Of a DNA stretch of 64,000 bases, positions 1-8,427 are shown in pieces. The first letter of the stretch is position 1; each line of letters starts with the position of its first letter. The position numbers were made by a program, and so were the translations under genes. The stretch is from an uncultured Oscillospiraceae bacterium (GTDB taxonomy: Bacteria; Bacillota; Clostridia; Oscillospirales; Acutalibacteraceae), in assembly GCA_900549775.1 (NCBI GenBank), contig URPR01000001.1:50094-114093 (forward strand), written 5' to 3'. The notes beneath the pieces were generated by a model, which saw nothing but the letters and a program-made list of their open reading frames with translations, was not told where the DNA came from and did no database searches.

Positions 1-400
1 GGTGCCCCAAAATGCCTTTACCAACAGGCGATTCATCAGAGATTTTACCGTTTGCAGGGTCGGCTTCATTTGAACCAACTATTTTATATTCACACTCTTC
101 GTTAAACTCTAAGTCAAGTAATTTCACTTTAGTTCCTACAAACACTTTATTTGTTTTGATATCTTTTGAATCTATAACCTGAGCGTTTTTGAGTGTAGCT
201 TCTATGCTTGCGATTCTAGACTCTACCAAAGCCTGTTCGTTTTTTGCTTCATCATATTCGCTATTTTCAGAAAGGTCACCAAAAGACAAGGCAACTTTGA
301 TTTTTTCTGCTATTTCTTTACGTTTAACAGTTTTAAGTTGCTCTAATTCTTCCTCTAATTTTTTTAATCCCTCATCGGTTAATATAACCTGTTTAACCAT
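1..400 (-). CDS. greA: Transcription elongation factor GreA (3' end truncated by the window edge)
   Basis: Minus-strand translation from ATG (revcomp of cat at 398-400) gives [56 protein letters not shown]..., the conserved GreA N-terminal coiled coil. An SD GGTGG lies upstream. Confidence 0.85.
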   Translation of the reverse strand, partial: MVKQVILTDEGLKKLEEELEQLKTVKRKEIAEKIKVALSFGDLSENSEYDEAKNEQALVESRIASIEATLKNAQVIDSKDIKTNKVFVGTKVKLLDLEFNEECEYKIVGSNEADPANGKISDESPVGKGILGH

Positions 401-441
401 AGTAAACCACCTTCATAATAAGTAACTTTTTAACATAAATC

Positions 442-470
442 ATTATATCCTTGGGGTATTTACTTGTCAA
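442..470 (-). promoter_or_regulatory. Sigma-A-type promoter for greA (TTGACA-17-TATAAT on the minus strand)
   Basis: Revcomp of 442-470 reads TTGACAagtaaataccccaaggaTATAAT, a perfect consensus hexamer pair with 17-nt spacing. Confidence 0.6.
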
Positions 471-486
471 GAAATTTATTAAAACA

Positions 487-515
487 TTGAAAGCAGACGC
501 AACTAATGATATAAT
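487..515 (+). promoter_or_regulatory. Sigma-A-type promoter for rimO (TTGAAA-17-TATAAT)
   Basis: TTGAAA at 487-492, a 17-nt spacer, TATAAT at 510-515, about 30 nt upstream of the rimO SD/ATG. Confidence 0.55.
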
Positions 516-544
516 ATTTACTAAAATTTAAAAGGGGAATAATA

Positions 545-1876
545 ATGCCGATAAAAATAGGTTTAGTTAGCCTTGGTTGCGAAAAGAACAGAGTTGATGC
601 GGAAATGATGCTGTATTCGCTTAAGGAGGCAGGATATGAGATAGATCAAAATGCAGAGAATGCTGATGTTGTTATAATAAACACATGTGGATTTATTCGT
701 GCTGCAAAAGAAGAAAGTATAGATGAAATATTTAACTTTGTAAGACTTAAGGAACAAGGAAAAATAAAAGCGATAGTAGTTACAGGATGTCTTAGTGAAA
801 GGTATAAACACGATGTGATGAAAGAAATACCACAAATAGACGCTGTAGTAGGAATAGGCGCACTTGATGAAATAGTAAATGTCATAGAAAAGGTTTTGCA
901 AAAAGAAAAATCAGAGATATTCAAAGCAAAAGAAAATTTAAACTTAAACGGTAAAAGGTTGTTAACAACTCCGAGGCACTACGCATATTTGAAGATTGCC
1001 GATGGATGCAGCAATTGCTGTACATATTGCGCTATACCGCTTATAAGAGGCAAATATAGAAGCAGAAAAATGGAAGATATAATAGCTCAAGCTAAAGAAC
1101 TTGCTCAAGGTGGTGCAAAAGAGCTTATTCTGATAGCCCAAGATACCACAAGATATGGCCAGGACATTTATGATAAATTGATGTTACCGGAACTTTTAAG
1201 GGAACTTTGTAAAATTGAAGATGTTAAGTGGATCAGATTACTTTACTGTTACCCTGAAAGGGTTACCGATGAGTTGATAGAGGCTATTGCCAGCGAAGAG
1301 AAAATATTAAATTATATTGACTTACCGCTTCAACATGTAAGCGAAAATATCCTGAAAATGATGAATCGTACAGGAAATGCAAAAACTCTCCGCGAACTTA
1401 TAAATAAACTTAGGGCTAAAATTCCAGATATCGTTTTAAGGACCACTTTTATAGTTGGTTTTCCAAGCGAAACCGAAGAAAACTTTGAGGAACTTTGTGA
1501 CTTTGCAAATGAAATGCAGTTTGACAGAATGGGATGCTTTACATATTCGCCGGAAGAAAATACAAAAGCCGCCTTGTTTGAAAATCAAATAAGTGAGGAG
1601 ATCAAACTAAAAAGACAAGAAATTTTGATGGAGCAACAAAATTTAATATTAGAGAGAAAATGTAATAGTTTGCCGGGCAAAAATGTACTTGCTTTAATTG
1701 ATGGATTTGACGAAACTAAGGGCTGTCTTTTCGGCAGAAGTTATATGGATTTGCCAGATGTTGATATCAGGATAATGCTAGAACATGAAGCAGATAAAAA
1801 TTTGATTGGAACGTTTAAAAAATTGCAGATAACTTCATACGATGGTTATGATTTGTATGGGAAAATTGCAGATTAA
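545..1876 (+). CDS. rimO: Ribosomal protein S12 methylthiotransferase RimO (MTTase N domain, radical SAM CxxxCxxC, TRAM)
   Basis: N-terminal IKIGLVSLGCEKNRVD...NTCGFI...VVTGCL follows the RimO pattern. A radical-SAM motif CSNCCTYC is present. A C-terminal TRAM-like beta-rich domain is present. Length is 443 aa. Confidence 0.8.
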   Translation: MPIKIGLVSLGCEKNRVDAEMMLYSLKEAGYEIDQNAENADVVIINTCGFIRAAKEESIDEIFNFVRLKEQGKIKAIVVTGCLSERYKHDVMKEIPQIDAVVGIGALDEIVNVIEKVLQKEKSEIFKAKENLNLNGKRLLTTPRHYAYLKIADGCSNCCTYCAIPLIRGKYRSRKMEDIIAQAKELAQGGAKELILIAQDTTRYGQDIYDKLMLPELLRELCKIEDVKWIRLLYCYPERVTDELIEAIASEEKILNYIDLPLQHVSENILKMMNRTGNAKTLRELINKLRAKIPDIVLRTTFIVGFPSETEENFEELCDFANEMQFDRMGCFTYSPEENTKAALFENQISEEIKLKRQEILMEQQNLILERKCNSLPGKNVLALIDGFDETKGCLFGRSYMDLPDVDIRIMLEHEADKNLIGTFKKLQITSYDGYDLYGKIAD

Positions 1877-1903
1877 AATTAGCTAACTTAGGAGAAATAT
1901 AAA

Positions 1904-2464
1904 ATGAATTTATCAAATAAACTAACAGTGCTTAGGATATTTTTGGTGCCGGTTTTTATACTTTTTTTAGAAACAGAAAAAATCTCAAACAATTTTTTGT
2001 TTGCGCTTATAATTTTCATTATAGCTGCATTGACAGATCATTTCGATGGGAAAATAGCTAGGAAACGGCACCAAATTACCGATTTTGGGAAATTTTTAGA
2101 CCCATTAGCAGACAAAATATTGACTTTATCTGCGTTTATGTGCTTCATAGAAATGAATTTAATTTCTGCGATACCCGTGATTATTATCATGGCGAGAGAG
2201 TTTGCTGTTACATCTGTAAGGCTGGTAGCCGCTGCTCAGAACAAAGTTATAGCCGCAAACAATCTGGGTAAAGTAAAAACAGTAATTCAGATTTTTTCTA
2301 TTGGAATTACCATATTTTTACAAATTAAACCTTTTATTTACTTGAACAGTATTGCTAATAATTTAATTATTAGCGGTTTAGTTTGGCTATGTGCCGTCAT
2401 TACAGCGGTTTCAGGGATTGTATATGTTAAAAACGGATGGGATTTTATAAAAACGGCAAAATAA
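1904..2464 (+). CDS. pgsA: CDP-diacylglycerol--glycerol-3-phosphate 3-phosphatidyltransferase
   Basis: CDP-alcohol phosphatidyltransferase motif DHFDGKIARKRHQITDFGKFLDPLADK, with multiple TM helices. Length is 186 aa. Confidence 0.85.
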   Translation: MNLSNKLTVLRIFLVPVFILFLETEKISNNFLFALIIFIIAALTDHFDGKIARKRHQITDFGKFLDPLADKILTLSAFMCFIEMNLISAIPVIIIMAREFAVTSVRLVAAAQNKVIAANNLGKVKTVIQIFSIGITIFLQIKPFIYLNSIANNLIISGLVWLCAVITAVSGIVYVKNGWDFIKTAK

Positions 2465-2511
2465 AATTTGTAGTTGATTTATTAGATAAAATATATTATA
2501 ATGTGTAAGTG

Positions 2512-2675
2512 TTAAGAACTTATGCATTTTAATATGTAAGTCAGTGAGCGCTGTGCGGTCTGGCGCTGCGAACCATGTTAGGCGGGGAACCGAGCAGCAT
2601 TAAGCAGATTTGCTGGAGGCGATGCAGTTAGTTTGCTGGCTTGCATATTAAAGTGGATAAGTTTGTGTTTATTCC
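2512..2675 (+). ncRNA. ffs: Signal recognition particle RNA (short scRNA-type) with its own promoter; ends approximate
   Basis: 2570-2610 reads GAACCATGTTAGGCGGGGAACCGAGCAGCATTAAGCAG. This is near-identical to B. subtilis scRNA domain IV (GAACCAUGUCAGGUCCGGAAGGAAGCAGCAUUAAG) and carries the GGAA tetraloop. Flanking arms pair (gcattttaatatgtaag / cttgcatattaaagtg). TTGATT-17-TATAAT sits at about 2475-2505. The conserved ffs-dnaX synteny is present. Confidence 0.65.
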
Positions 2676-2761
2676 TAGATTGAAAATAAGCGCCCGCAAA
2701 AGTCGTGCACAGTGCGGCAAAAGTGGGCGCTTATAAACATCACAAAGGGGGAGGGAAAGTT

Positions 2762-4426
2762 ATGTATCAAGCACTTTATAGGAAATGGAGGCCAAAACTT
2801 TTTTCTGATGTAGTTGGTCAAGACCATGTAACTAAAACCCTTCAAAAAGAAATAAGCTCCGGAAAAATAGGACATGCGTATTTGTTTATTGGCTCAAGGG
2901 GGACTGGCAAAACAACTTGCGCTAAGATCTTTGCAAAAGCCGTAAACTGTCAAAACCACCAATCTGGAAACCCTTGCGGCACGTGCGAACTTTGCACTGA
3001 GATAGAGCAAGGTAAAAACATGGATATAGTGGAGCTTGATGCGGCTAGCAACAACGGCGTAAATGACATCAGAGAGATATGTGAGTCGGCTACGTTCACT
3101 CCTACTAAAGCGAAGTACAGAGTTTACATCATAGACGAAGTACATATGTTGTCTCAAGGTGCATTCAACGCTCTTTTGAAAACGCTAGAAGAGCCGCCTG
3201 CCCACGTGATATTTATCTTGGCAACGACAGAAGCACATAAAATCCCAGCCACAATCTTATCTAGATGCCAAAAGTTTGAGTTTCATAAAATTAAAGCAGA
3301 CGATATAAAAAATAGATTACTATATATTTCTGAAAAAGAAAATGTGAATCTTGACCCAGATGCAGCACTTTTGATTTCGCGCCTAGCATCGGGGGCTATG
3401 AGAGATGCCTTAACAATATTGGATAAATGTGTAGGCTTGACGGATAAGATTGATTCATCCACGGTTTCAGATGTGGTAGGCATTGTTGACAGCGAGCACC
3501 TTTTTTCTATAGCAGAATCTATCGTTGAAAAAAACTTGAGCTTAGCTTTAAAGTTAGTAGATGAATTGAATAATCAGTCTATGGATTTCTTTAACATTTG
3601 TGAGGAACTGATTTGTGTATTTAGAAATTTAATGTTAATAAAATCCACATTCAGTCCACGTGATCTTATGATTTTATCCGACTGTGAGTTCGATAAATTA
3701 AAATTGCTTTCTGAGAAAATTACACTTTCTGAAATATTAGAAATTTTAAATTTGTTATCTAGAACTTTAAATAATATTGGCAGAACAAGTGACTCAAAAA
3801 TAGAACTTGAAATGTGCTTAGTAGGTTTATGTGAATTTAAATCGGCACCCCCACAACCGGTTGGAAGCTCTGACGTTGAGCTAAAGCACCGAATTGAAAA
3901 TTTAGAATCGAGATTAAATAATTTGTATGATATTTTAAATTCTAAAAAAGATTTTCATGTTAATGCACAAGATAAAAATTCATCAGCAAAAGAAAGTGAA
4001 GCATTGCAGAGTAATACAATAGCTGAAGCGGAAAAAACGAGCGCTAAACTTACTGCGGACTCAGCACCTTGTGATATGCAGAAAATTTTTGATAGTGCTG
4101 TTAAGATGGAAAACTGGACACAGGTTTTAGAATCATTAAAAAGTTTTTCTCCTACGGTTTCTATGGCATTTAGAGGCTCCTGTGCGTATTTAAGTGACCC
4201 TTATGTTTTGATAGACTCGGATAACGAAATGGCTTTTGAACTGTTGAGGAAATCCTCACAAAGAGACAAAATAAGAACAGCTATTAAAGAAGTTACCGGC
4301 AAATCGTACAAGTTGGGTCCGTATAAAAGAAAAGGCGATGCAGTGGTAAAAGGCAAAAAAATTGACCCATTGGATGAGCTTTTCAAAACTGCTAGCGATG
4401 CTGGCATAAAAGTTTCTAAAATTTGA
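2762..4426 (+). CDS. dnaX: DNA polymerase III subunits gamma/tau
   Basis: MYQALYRKWRPKLFSDVVGQDHV..., Walker A GSRGTGKTT, and a zinc module CGTCELC. Start chosen at ATG 2762, preceded by AAGGGGGAGGG. The ORF-track start at 2705 lies inside an upstream hairpin. Confidence 0.9.
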   Translation: MYQALYRKWRPKLFSDVVGQDHVTKTLQKEISSGKIGHAYLFIGSRGTGKTTCAKIFAKAVNCQNHQSGNPCGTCELCTEIEQGKNMDIVELDAASNNGVNDIREICESATFTPTKAKYRVYIIDEVHMLSQGAFNALLKTLEEPPAHVIFILATTEAHKIPATILSRCQKFEFHKIKADDIKNRLLYISEKENVNLDPDAALLISRLASGAMRDALTILDKCVGLTDKIDSSTVSDVVGIVDSEHLFSIAESIVEKNLSLALKLVDELNNQSMDFFNICEELICVFRNLMLIKSTFSPRDLMILSDCEFDKLKLLSEKITLSEILEILNLLSRTLNNIGRTSDSKIELEMCLVGLCEFKSAPPQPVGSSDVELKHRIENLESRLNNLYDILNSKKDFHVNAQDKNSSAKESEALQSNTIAEAEKTSAKLTADSAPCDMQKIFDSAVKMENWTQVLESLKSFSPTVSMAFRGSCAYLSDPYVLIDSDNEMAFELLRKSSQRDKIRTAIKEVTGKSYKLGPYKRKGDAVVKGKKIDPLDELFKTASDAGIKVSKI

Positions 4427-4452
4427 TTGCAATTATTTTGCTGTAGATTAGT

Positions 4453-4541
4453 GCGGCGCGCGCAGCGCGGTTGCAAGCGAAGCTTGCAAAAATTGAAAAT
4501 TTTCTCGATGACTTTGTCATCGAACCGCGCTGCGCGCAACA
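4453..4541. repeat. GC-clamped multi-hairpin element A: 15-bp perfect GC-rich outer stem enclosing two perfect hairpins
   Basis: The outer stem is 4458-4472 (GCGCGCAGCGCGGTT) paired with 4523-4537 (AACCGCGCTGCGCGC). The inner hairpins are GCAAGC-gaa-GCTTGC (4473-4487) and CGATGAC-ttt-GTCATCG (4506-4522). A 10-nt palindrome GAAAATTTTC lies between them. Confidence 0.8.
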
Positions 4542-4584
4542 AGAACTAAATTTAAGCAATAACTTAAAATGGAGGAATAAATTG

Positions 4585-4935
4585 ATGAAAGCGAGACTAC
4601 CAAAGAACTACAATTCCGGAGGAATGGGAAATTTACAACAACTTGCGGCTAAGGCTCAGAAGATGCAAGAAGATATGCAAAAAGCTACTGAAGAGTTAGA
4701 ATCTAAAGAGTACACAATGACTTCGGGAGGAAACGCTGTAAAAGTTACCGCTAACGGTAAGATGGAACTCACGTCAGTTGAGCTTTCTCCTGAAATTGTA
4801 GACAAAGACGATATAGAAATGCTTCAGGATCTGATAATAGCAGCTTCAAATGCTGCTTTAAGGGCTGCGTCAGATGAGAAAAACAGCATGATGGAATCGC
4901 TCTCCAGTGGTATGAATATACCGGGATTATTTTGA
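4585..4935 (+). CDS. ybaB: Nucleoid-associated protein YbaB/EbfC
   Basis: MKARLPKNYNSGGMGNLQQLAAKAQKMQEDMQKATEEL... matches the YbaB family, 116 aa. SD GGAGGAATAA precedes ATG 4585. The ORF-track start at 4471 overlaps the structured spacer. Confidence 0.85.
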   Translation: MKARLPKNYNSGGMGNLQQLAAKAQKMQEDMQKATEELESKEYTMTSGGNAVKVTANGKMELTSVELSPEIVDKDDIEMLQDLIIAASNAALRAASDEKNSMMESLSSGMNIPGLF

Positions 4936-4938
4936 TTT

Positions 4939-5541
4939 ATGAGTGAATATAGTTTAGCTCCTCTTGAAGGCTTAGTTGACCAGTTTGAGTCATTGCCTGG
5001 AATCGGGAGGAAAACAGCACAACGATTAGCTTATTTTGTCCTTAACCTTCCTGAAGAGAAAGCAAAGAATTTTTCCGCTGCAATAATAAATGCACATGAA
5101 AAAATTAAATATTGTGATATTTGTAAGAATCTGACGGATGAACAAGTTTGTTCTATTTGTAAAGATAAATCGAGAGATAGGTCGACAATTTGTGTAGTTG
5201 AGGAACCTAAAGATGTCATGGCTTTAGAACGAATAGGGGAAGTCAACACGTTATATCATGTTCTACACGGTGCCATATCTCCGATGCATGGAATAGGACC
5301 CGAACAAATTTATATAAAAGAACTTTTAGCCAGAATAGCAAAAGAAGACATAAAGGAAGTTATAATGGCAACCAACCCCACCGTAGAAGGCGAAGCTACT
5401 GCTATGTATATTTCAAAGCTTTTGAAACCACTAGGGGTAAAAGTAACGAGGTTAGCTTACGGCATACCTGTAGGAGGAGATCTAGAATATGCGGACGAAA
5501 TAACTTTACAGAGGTCTTTGCAAGGAAGAAATGAAATATAG
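4939..5541 (+). CDS. recR: Recombination protein RecR
   Basis: Hh[18 protein letters not shown], a C4 zinc finger CDICKNL...CSIC, and a Toprim region. Conserved dnaX-ybaB-recR synteny. Confidence 0.9.
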   Translation: MSEYSLAPLEGLVDQFESLPGIGRKTAQRLAYFVLNLPEEKAKNFSAAIINAHEKIKYCDICKNLTDEQVCSICKDKSRDRSTICVVEEPKDVMALERIGEVNTLYHVLHGAISPMHGIGPEQIYIKELLARIAKEDIKEVIMATNPTVEGEATAMYISKLLKPLGVKVTRLAYGIPVGGDLEYADEITLQRSLQGRNEI

Positions 5542-5587
5542 TTTTTGGTGAAAAATATAGTTAAATAATTGAATAATACAAATATTG

Positions 5588-5620
5588 AAAATTCTTTTTT
5601 ATTCTAAAAAAGAATTTTTT
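5588..5620 (+). terminator. Intrinsic terminator after recR (AT-rich 13-bp stem plus T tract)
   Basis: AAAATTCTTTTTT-attct-AAAAAAGAATTTT followed by TTGTT. Confidence 0.5.
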
Positions 5621-5624
5621 GTTA

Positions 5625-5653
5625 TTGACATGGACAAATTCAAATGTTATAAT
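5625..5653 (+). promoter_or_regulatory. Sigma-A promoter for smpB-ssrA (TTGACA-17-TATAAT)
   Basis: TTGACA at 5625-5630, a 17-nt spacer, TATAAT at 5648-5653. Confidence 0.6.
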
Positions 5654-5677
5654 CTATAATCAGAGAGGAATGAAAGC

Positions 5678-6148
5678 TTGATGAAAGAAGAATCTTTTAA
5701 GGAAGTTGCTAAAAATAAAAAAGCATACCATGATTACTTTATAGTTGAAAAAGTTGAAGCTGGCATAGAACTCTCTGGGACGGAAGTTAAGTCGATAAGA
5801 CATGGTGGTGTAAGCATCAAAGAATCGTGGTGCTCGATTGTAGATGGTGAAATTTTCATAAATGCAATGCATATTGCTAAATATGAGCAAGGGAATATCT
5901 TTAATAAAGACCCGCTTAGGGTTAGAAAACTTCTTTTACACAAAAAAGAAATTATGCGATTATTTGGCCAAGTTAAGCAACAAGGGTATTCTTTAATTCC
6001 TTTATCTGTTTACTTTAAGGGCTCGATTTTAAAGGTGCAGGTGGGTCTATGCAAGGGTAAGAAATTGTACGACAAGCGGAATGACATTGCGGAAAAAACC
6101 GCAAAAAGGAATATAGAAAGAGCCATTAAAGAAAACAATAAGTTTTAA
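5678..6148 (+). CDS. smpB: SsrA-binding protein SmpB
   Basis: KAYHDYFIVEKVEAGIELSGTEVKSIR...LLLHKKEI are SmpB hallmarks. Sits directly upstream of the tmRNA gene. Confidence 0.9.
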   Translation: MMKEESFKEVAKNKKAYHDYFIVEKVEAGIELSGTEVKSIRHGGVSIKESWCSIVDGEIFINAMHIAKYEQGNIFNKDPLRVRKLLLHKKEIMRLFGQVKQQGYSLIPLSVYFKGSILKVQVGLCKGKKLYDKRNDIAEKTAKRNIERAIKENNKF

Positions 6149-6172
6149 GCTATTGATAACTAGAGGTGCTAA

Positions 6173-6913
6173 ATGCATAGACAGGATATAGATTTGGACG
6201 AATATTATGAAAAGGTTTTTTCTAAAGACATAATGGAAAATGTTGAATTTATTGAACCAGGAATGCGAAAATTAGAAGGAAAATTTATAACAGTATTTTA
6301 TGAAAACGAGGAAGATGCTGCAAAGGATGTCTTTAATTTAGCTGAAGAAGAAAATGTTTTGATATCAAAAGCTTTAGGATTCGATGAGCCTTTAAGAATA
6401 GAAATATACATTTATGATAAAAAAGAAATTTTTCAATCAAAGCGATTAGGATGTCTAGCTCCTAATTTAAACTTAAACTGGTACGTAGGAGATGTTTATG
6501 AAACGAGTGTACTGCTGTTGTCGCCTGCAAGCTTGGAATCATGTCACAACTATGAAACTATAAAAAATACCGCAGCTCATGAAATAGCACATGTTTATAC
6601 CCGTAGGTTAAATCATAAAATTTCACTTTGGCTCGATGAAGGTTTGGCAGGCTATCTATCAAAGCAAATACCAACTAAGGATTTCTTTAAATATTTTTCT
6701 TTTCCTACAATTTCACAAACGCACGTAAAAAACAATGTGAGCTTTGCAATTAGTGTAGGATATCAGTTTTCATACACTTATGTTGATTATTTAATTCGGA
6801 CTTATGGGTTAGATAAAACAATTAAACTTGTCAAAACTGGTAGTTACGAAAATACTTTTGGAAAAACTGAACAAGAAATTTACAATGATTGGAAAGCGTC
6901 ATTTGCTGTATAA
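6173..6913 (+). CDS. Hypothetical protein with HExxH motif (putative zinc metallopeptidase-like)
   Basis: 246 aa with AAHEIAHVY (HExxH) in the C-terminal half. No signal peptide. The family is not recognised with confidence. Confidence 0.45.
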   Translation: MHRQDIDLDEYYEKVFSKDIMENVEFIEPGMRKLEGKFITVFYENEEDAAKDVFNLAEEENVLISKALGFDEPLRIEIYIYDKKEIFQSKRLGCLAPNLNLNWYVGDVYETSVLLLSPASLESCHNYETIKNTAAHEIAHVYTRRLNHKISLWLDEGLAGYLSKQIPTKDFFKYFSFPTISQTHVKNNVSFAISVGYQFSYTYVDYLIRTYGLDKTIKLVKTGSYENTFGKTEQEIYNDWKASFAV

Positions 6914-6916
6914 TGT

Positions 6917-7264
6917 GGGGATGTAAAGGTTTCGACGGGGATTGTGAATTAAAGTAAGCGAGTAGAGATGCGAGCTCTCTTAAAAAACGCATTTTTAAAA
7001 TTAAACGACAACAATTTAGTTGCACAAGCTGCCTAATTAATGGCAGCCGTCTTGCTTAAGAGTACCGCGGCTTTTGCTAAGACGTTGATTAGCGGTGAAC
7101 GTGAATTAAGCTTTTCTCGACTTTTTTCATGCATTAGAGAATACTGAAGTATAGAGCTTGTCAGTTGGCGCTTTATGGAGGGAACGTTAAAGAATTGACT
7201 ACACTCGTAGAAAGCTTTATGGATCAATTTTCGGACAGGGGTTCAATTCCCCTCATCTCCACCA
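6917..7264 (+). ncRNA. ssrA: tmRNA (transfer-messenger RNA)
   Basis: 5' GGGGATGTAAAGGTTTCGACGGGGATTGTGAATT. An internal tag reading frame ends ...GACAACAATTTAGTTGCACAAGCTGCCTAA (tag ...NDNNLVAQAA*). 3' T-arm GGACAGGGGTTCAATTCCCCTCATCTCCACCA. Follows smpB as expected. Confidence 0.9.
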
Positions 7265-7299
7265 TTTTTATTTTCAAAAATTATAGGAGTGTTTAAAAT

Positions 7300-7923
7300 T
7301 TGGTTGGTGTTTATAAATTAGTTAATAAAGTAAATTGCAGAGTATACATAGGCAAGAGTAAGGATTTCAAGAATATATGGGCTATATACGATGGAGTACT
7401 TGAAAATGATAAACTGTCTTTGCAAGAGGATTTAAAAAAGTATGGTGCTCGTAATTTTGAGTTTTCTTTAATAGAAGAATGTTTAGAGTCACAACTTCAA
7501 GAAAAAGGAGATTACTACGCGGATAAATACAGAGAAGAAAACACCATCAATAAAGAAAACGTTTCTGTTAATAGACAAGATGGAAATGTTAAGACTAAGA
7601 GAAAAAGGAAATCTTCAAAGCATAGAGAGTTAAATGATGGTCTGAAAAAGCATCTTGAAAAGATGAGAACCGACCCGGAATATAGAGCGGAAATGGTAAA
7701 GAAATATAAAAATAATAGACCGAATTCCATAGCTATTAATATGATAGATAAATCCACGGGAGAAATATTGATGACTTTCCCTAAAATAATGGATGGTGCT
7801 GCTTGGATAAGAGAAAACACCAATTATTCGAAAGCAGACTATGCCACAATAAACAAGATTTGCAATGGAAACGGAAAAACCGCATATGGTTTTAAATGGG
7901 AGTATGTTAATAAAAAAGCATAG
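7300..7923 (+). CDS. GIY-YIG family (homing-endonuclease-like) protein
   Basis: N-terminal VYKLVNKVNCRVYIGKS is a GIY-YIG motif. The basic middle region and C-terminal GFKWEYV resemble I-TevI/Seg-type endonucleases. TTG start. Immediately 3' of ssrA. Confidence 0.6.
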   Translation: MVGVYKLVNKVNCRVYIGKSKDFKNIWAIYDGVLENDKLSLQEDLKKYGARNFEFSLIEECLESQLQEKGDYYADKYREENTINKENVSVNRQDGNVKTKRKRKSSKHRELNDGLKKHLEKMRTDPEYRAEMVKKYKNNRPNSIAINMIDKSTGEILMTFPKIMDGAAWIRENTNYSKADYATINKICNGNGKTAYGFKWEYVNKKA

Positions 7924-8372
7924 ATATAAAGTCATGACCAGTCTAAGAGACATGGTATGGGAAACCGAAAACCAGTCATTTTAAGACGGATAGCTTTCAC
8001 TACGTTCAAGCCTAAGAGGACTAATTACTTGTTACCCTTAAATGGGTCTACGTATTCTTTAGTTTTAAGTTTGTCCATAATTTGTGGCACACTATGTTTT
8101 GGATTGATTTGACGAAAATAATACATAACATCAGACATCGTATATATTTATGTTGTTGATATTTATTGCTATTTAAGCAAATCATTTACCTTTCACCCAT
8201 GTATTTGACGTAAATGTGATACTGGAACAACATTTGATGCGTGAAAAACTTTGTACCATAAACAATAACCCTTCATTATGTTTTGGTAGTTTGAAATTTA
8301 TTGTTATACTTACAATAGTGAAATCTATGTGCGGTTTTTATGGTTACTTTTTTTCGGTTAAAACATTATTAA

Positions 8373-8410
8373 AATAACAGCCTATCATGAAATGGATGGG
8401 CTGTTACTTA
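8373..8410 (-). terminator. Intrinsic terminator after metG
   Basis: Inverted repeat AACAGCC...GGCTGTT followed by a T-rich tract on the minus strand, just past the metG stop. Confidence 0.4.
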
Positions 8411-8427
8411 TTTATTTTGCAAAAACT

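Noticed and set aside
189-425. 78-aa plus-strand ORF at the window start
   Set aside because: It lies antisense to greA, whose product is clearly recognisable on the minus strand.
2705-2761. Upstream extension of dnaX (ORF-track start at 2705)
   Set aside because: The extension begins inside a GC hairpin. The conserved N-terminus MYQALYRKWRP begins at ATG 2762, directly after a strong SD.
8030-8144. 37-codon minus-strand ORF (MSDVMYYFRQINPKHSVPQIMDKLKTKEYVDPFKGNK) in the spacer after the GIY-YIG gene
   Set aside because: It has no SD and no recognisable family, and lies in AT-rich DNA where short ORFs arise by chance. It is kept only as a note within the tmRNA-island finding.
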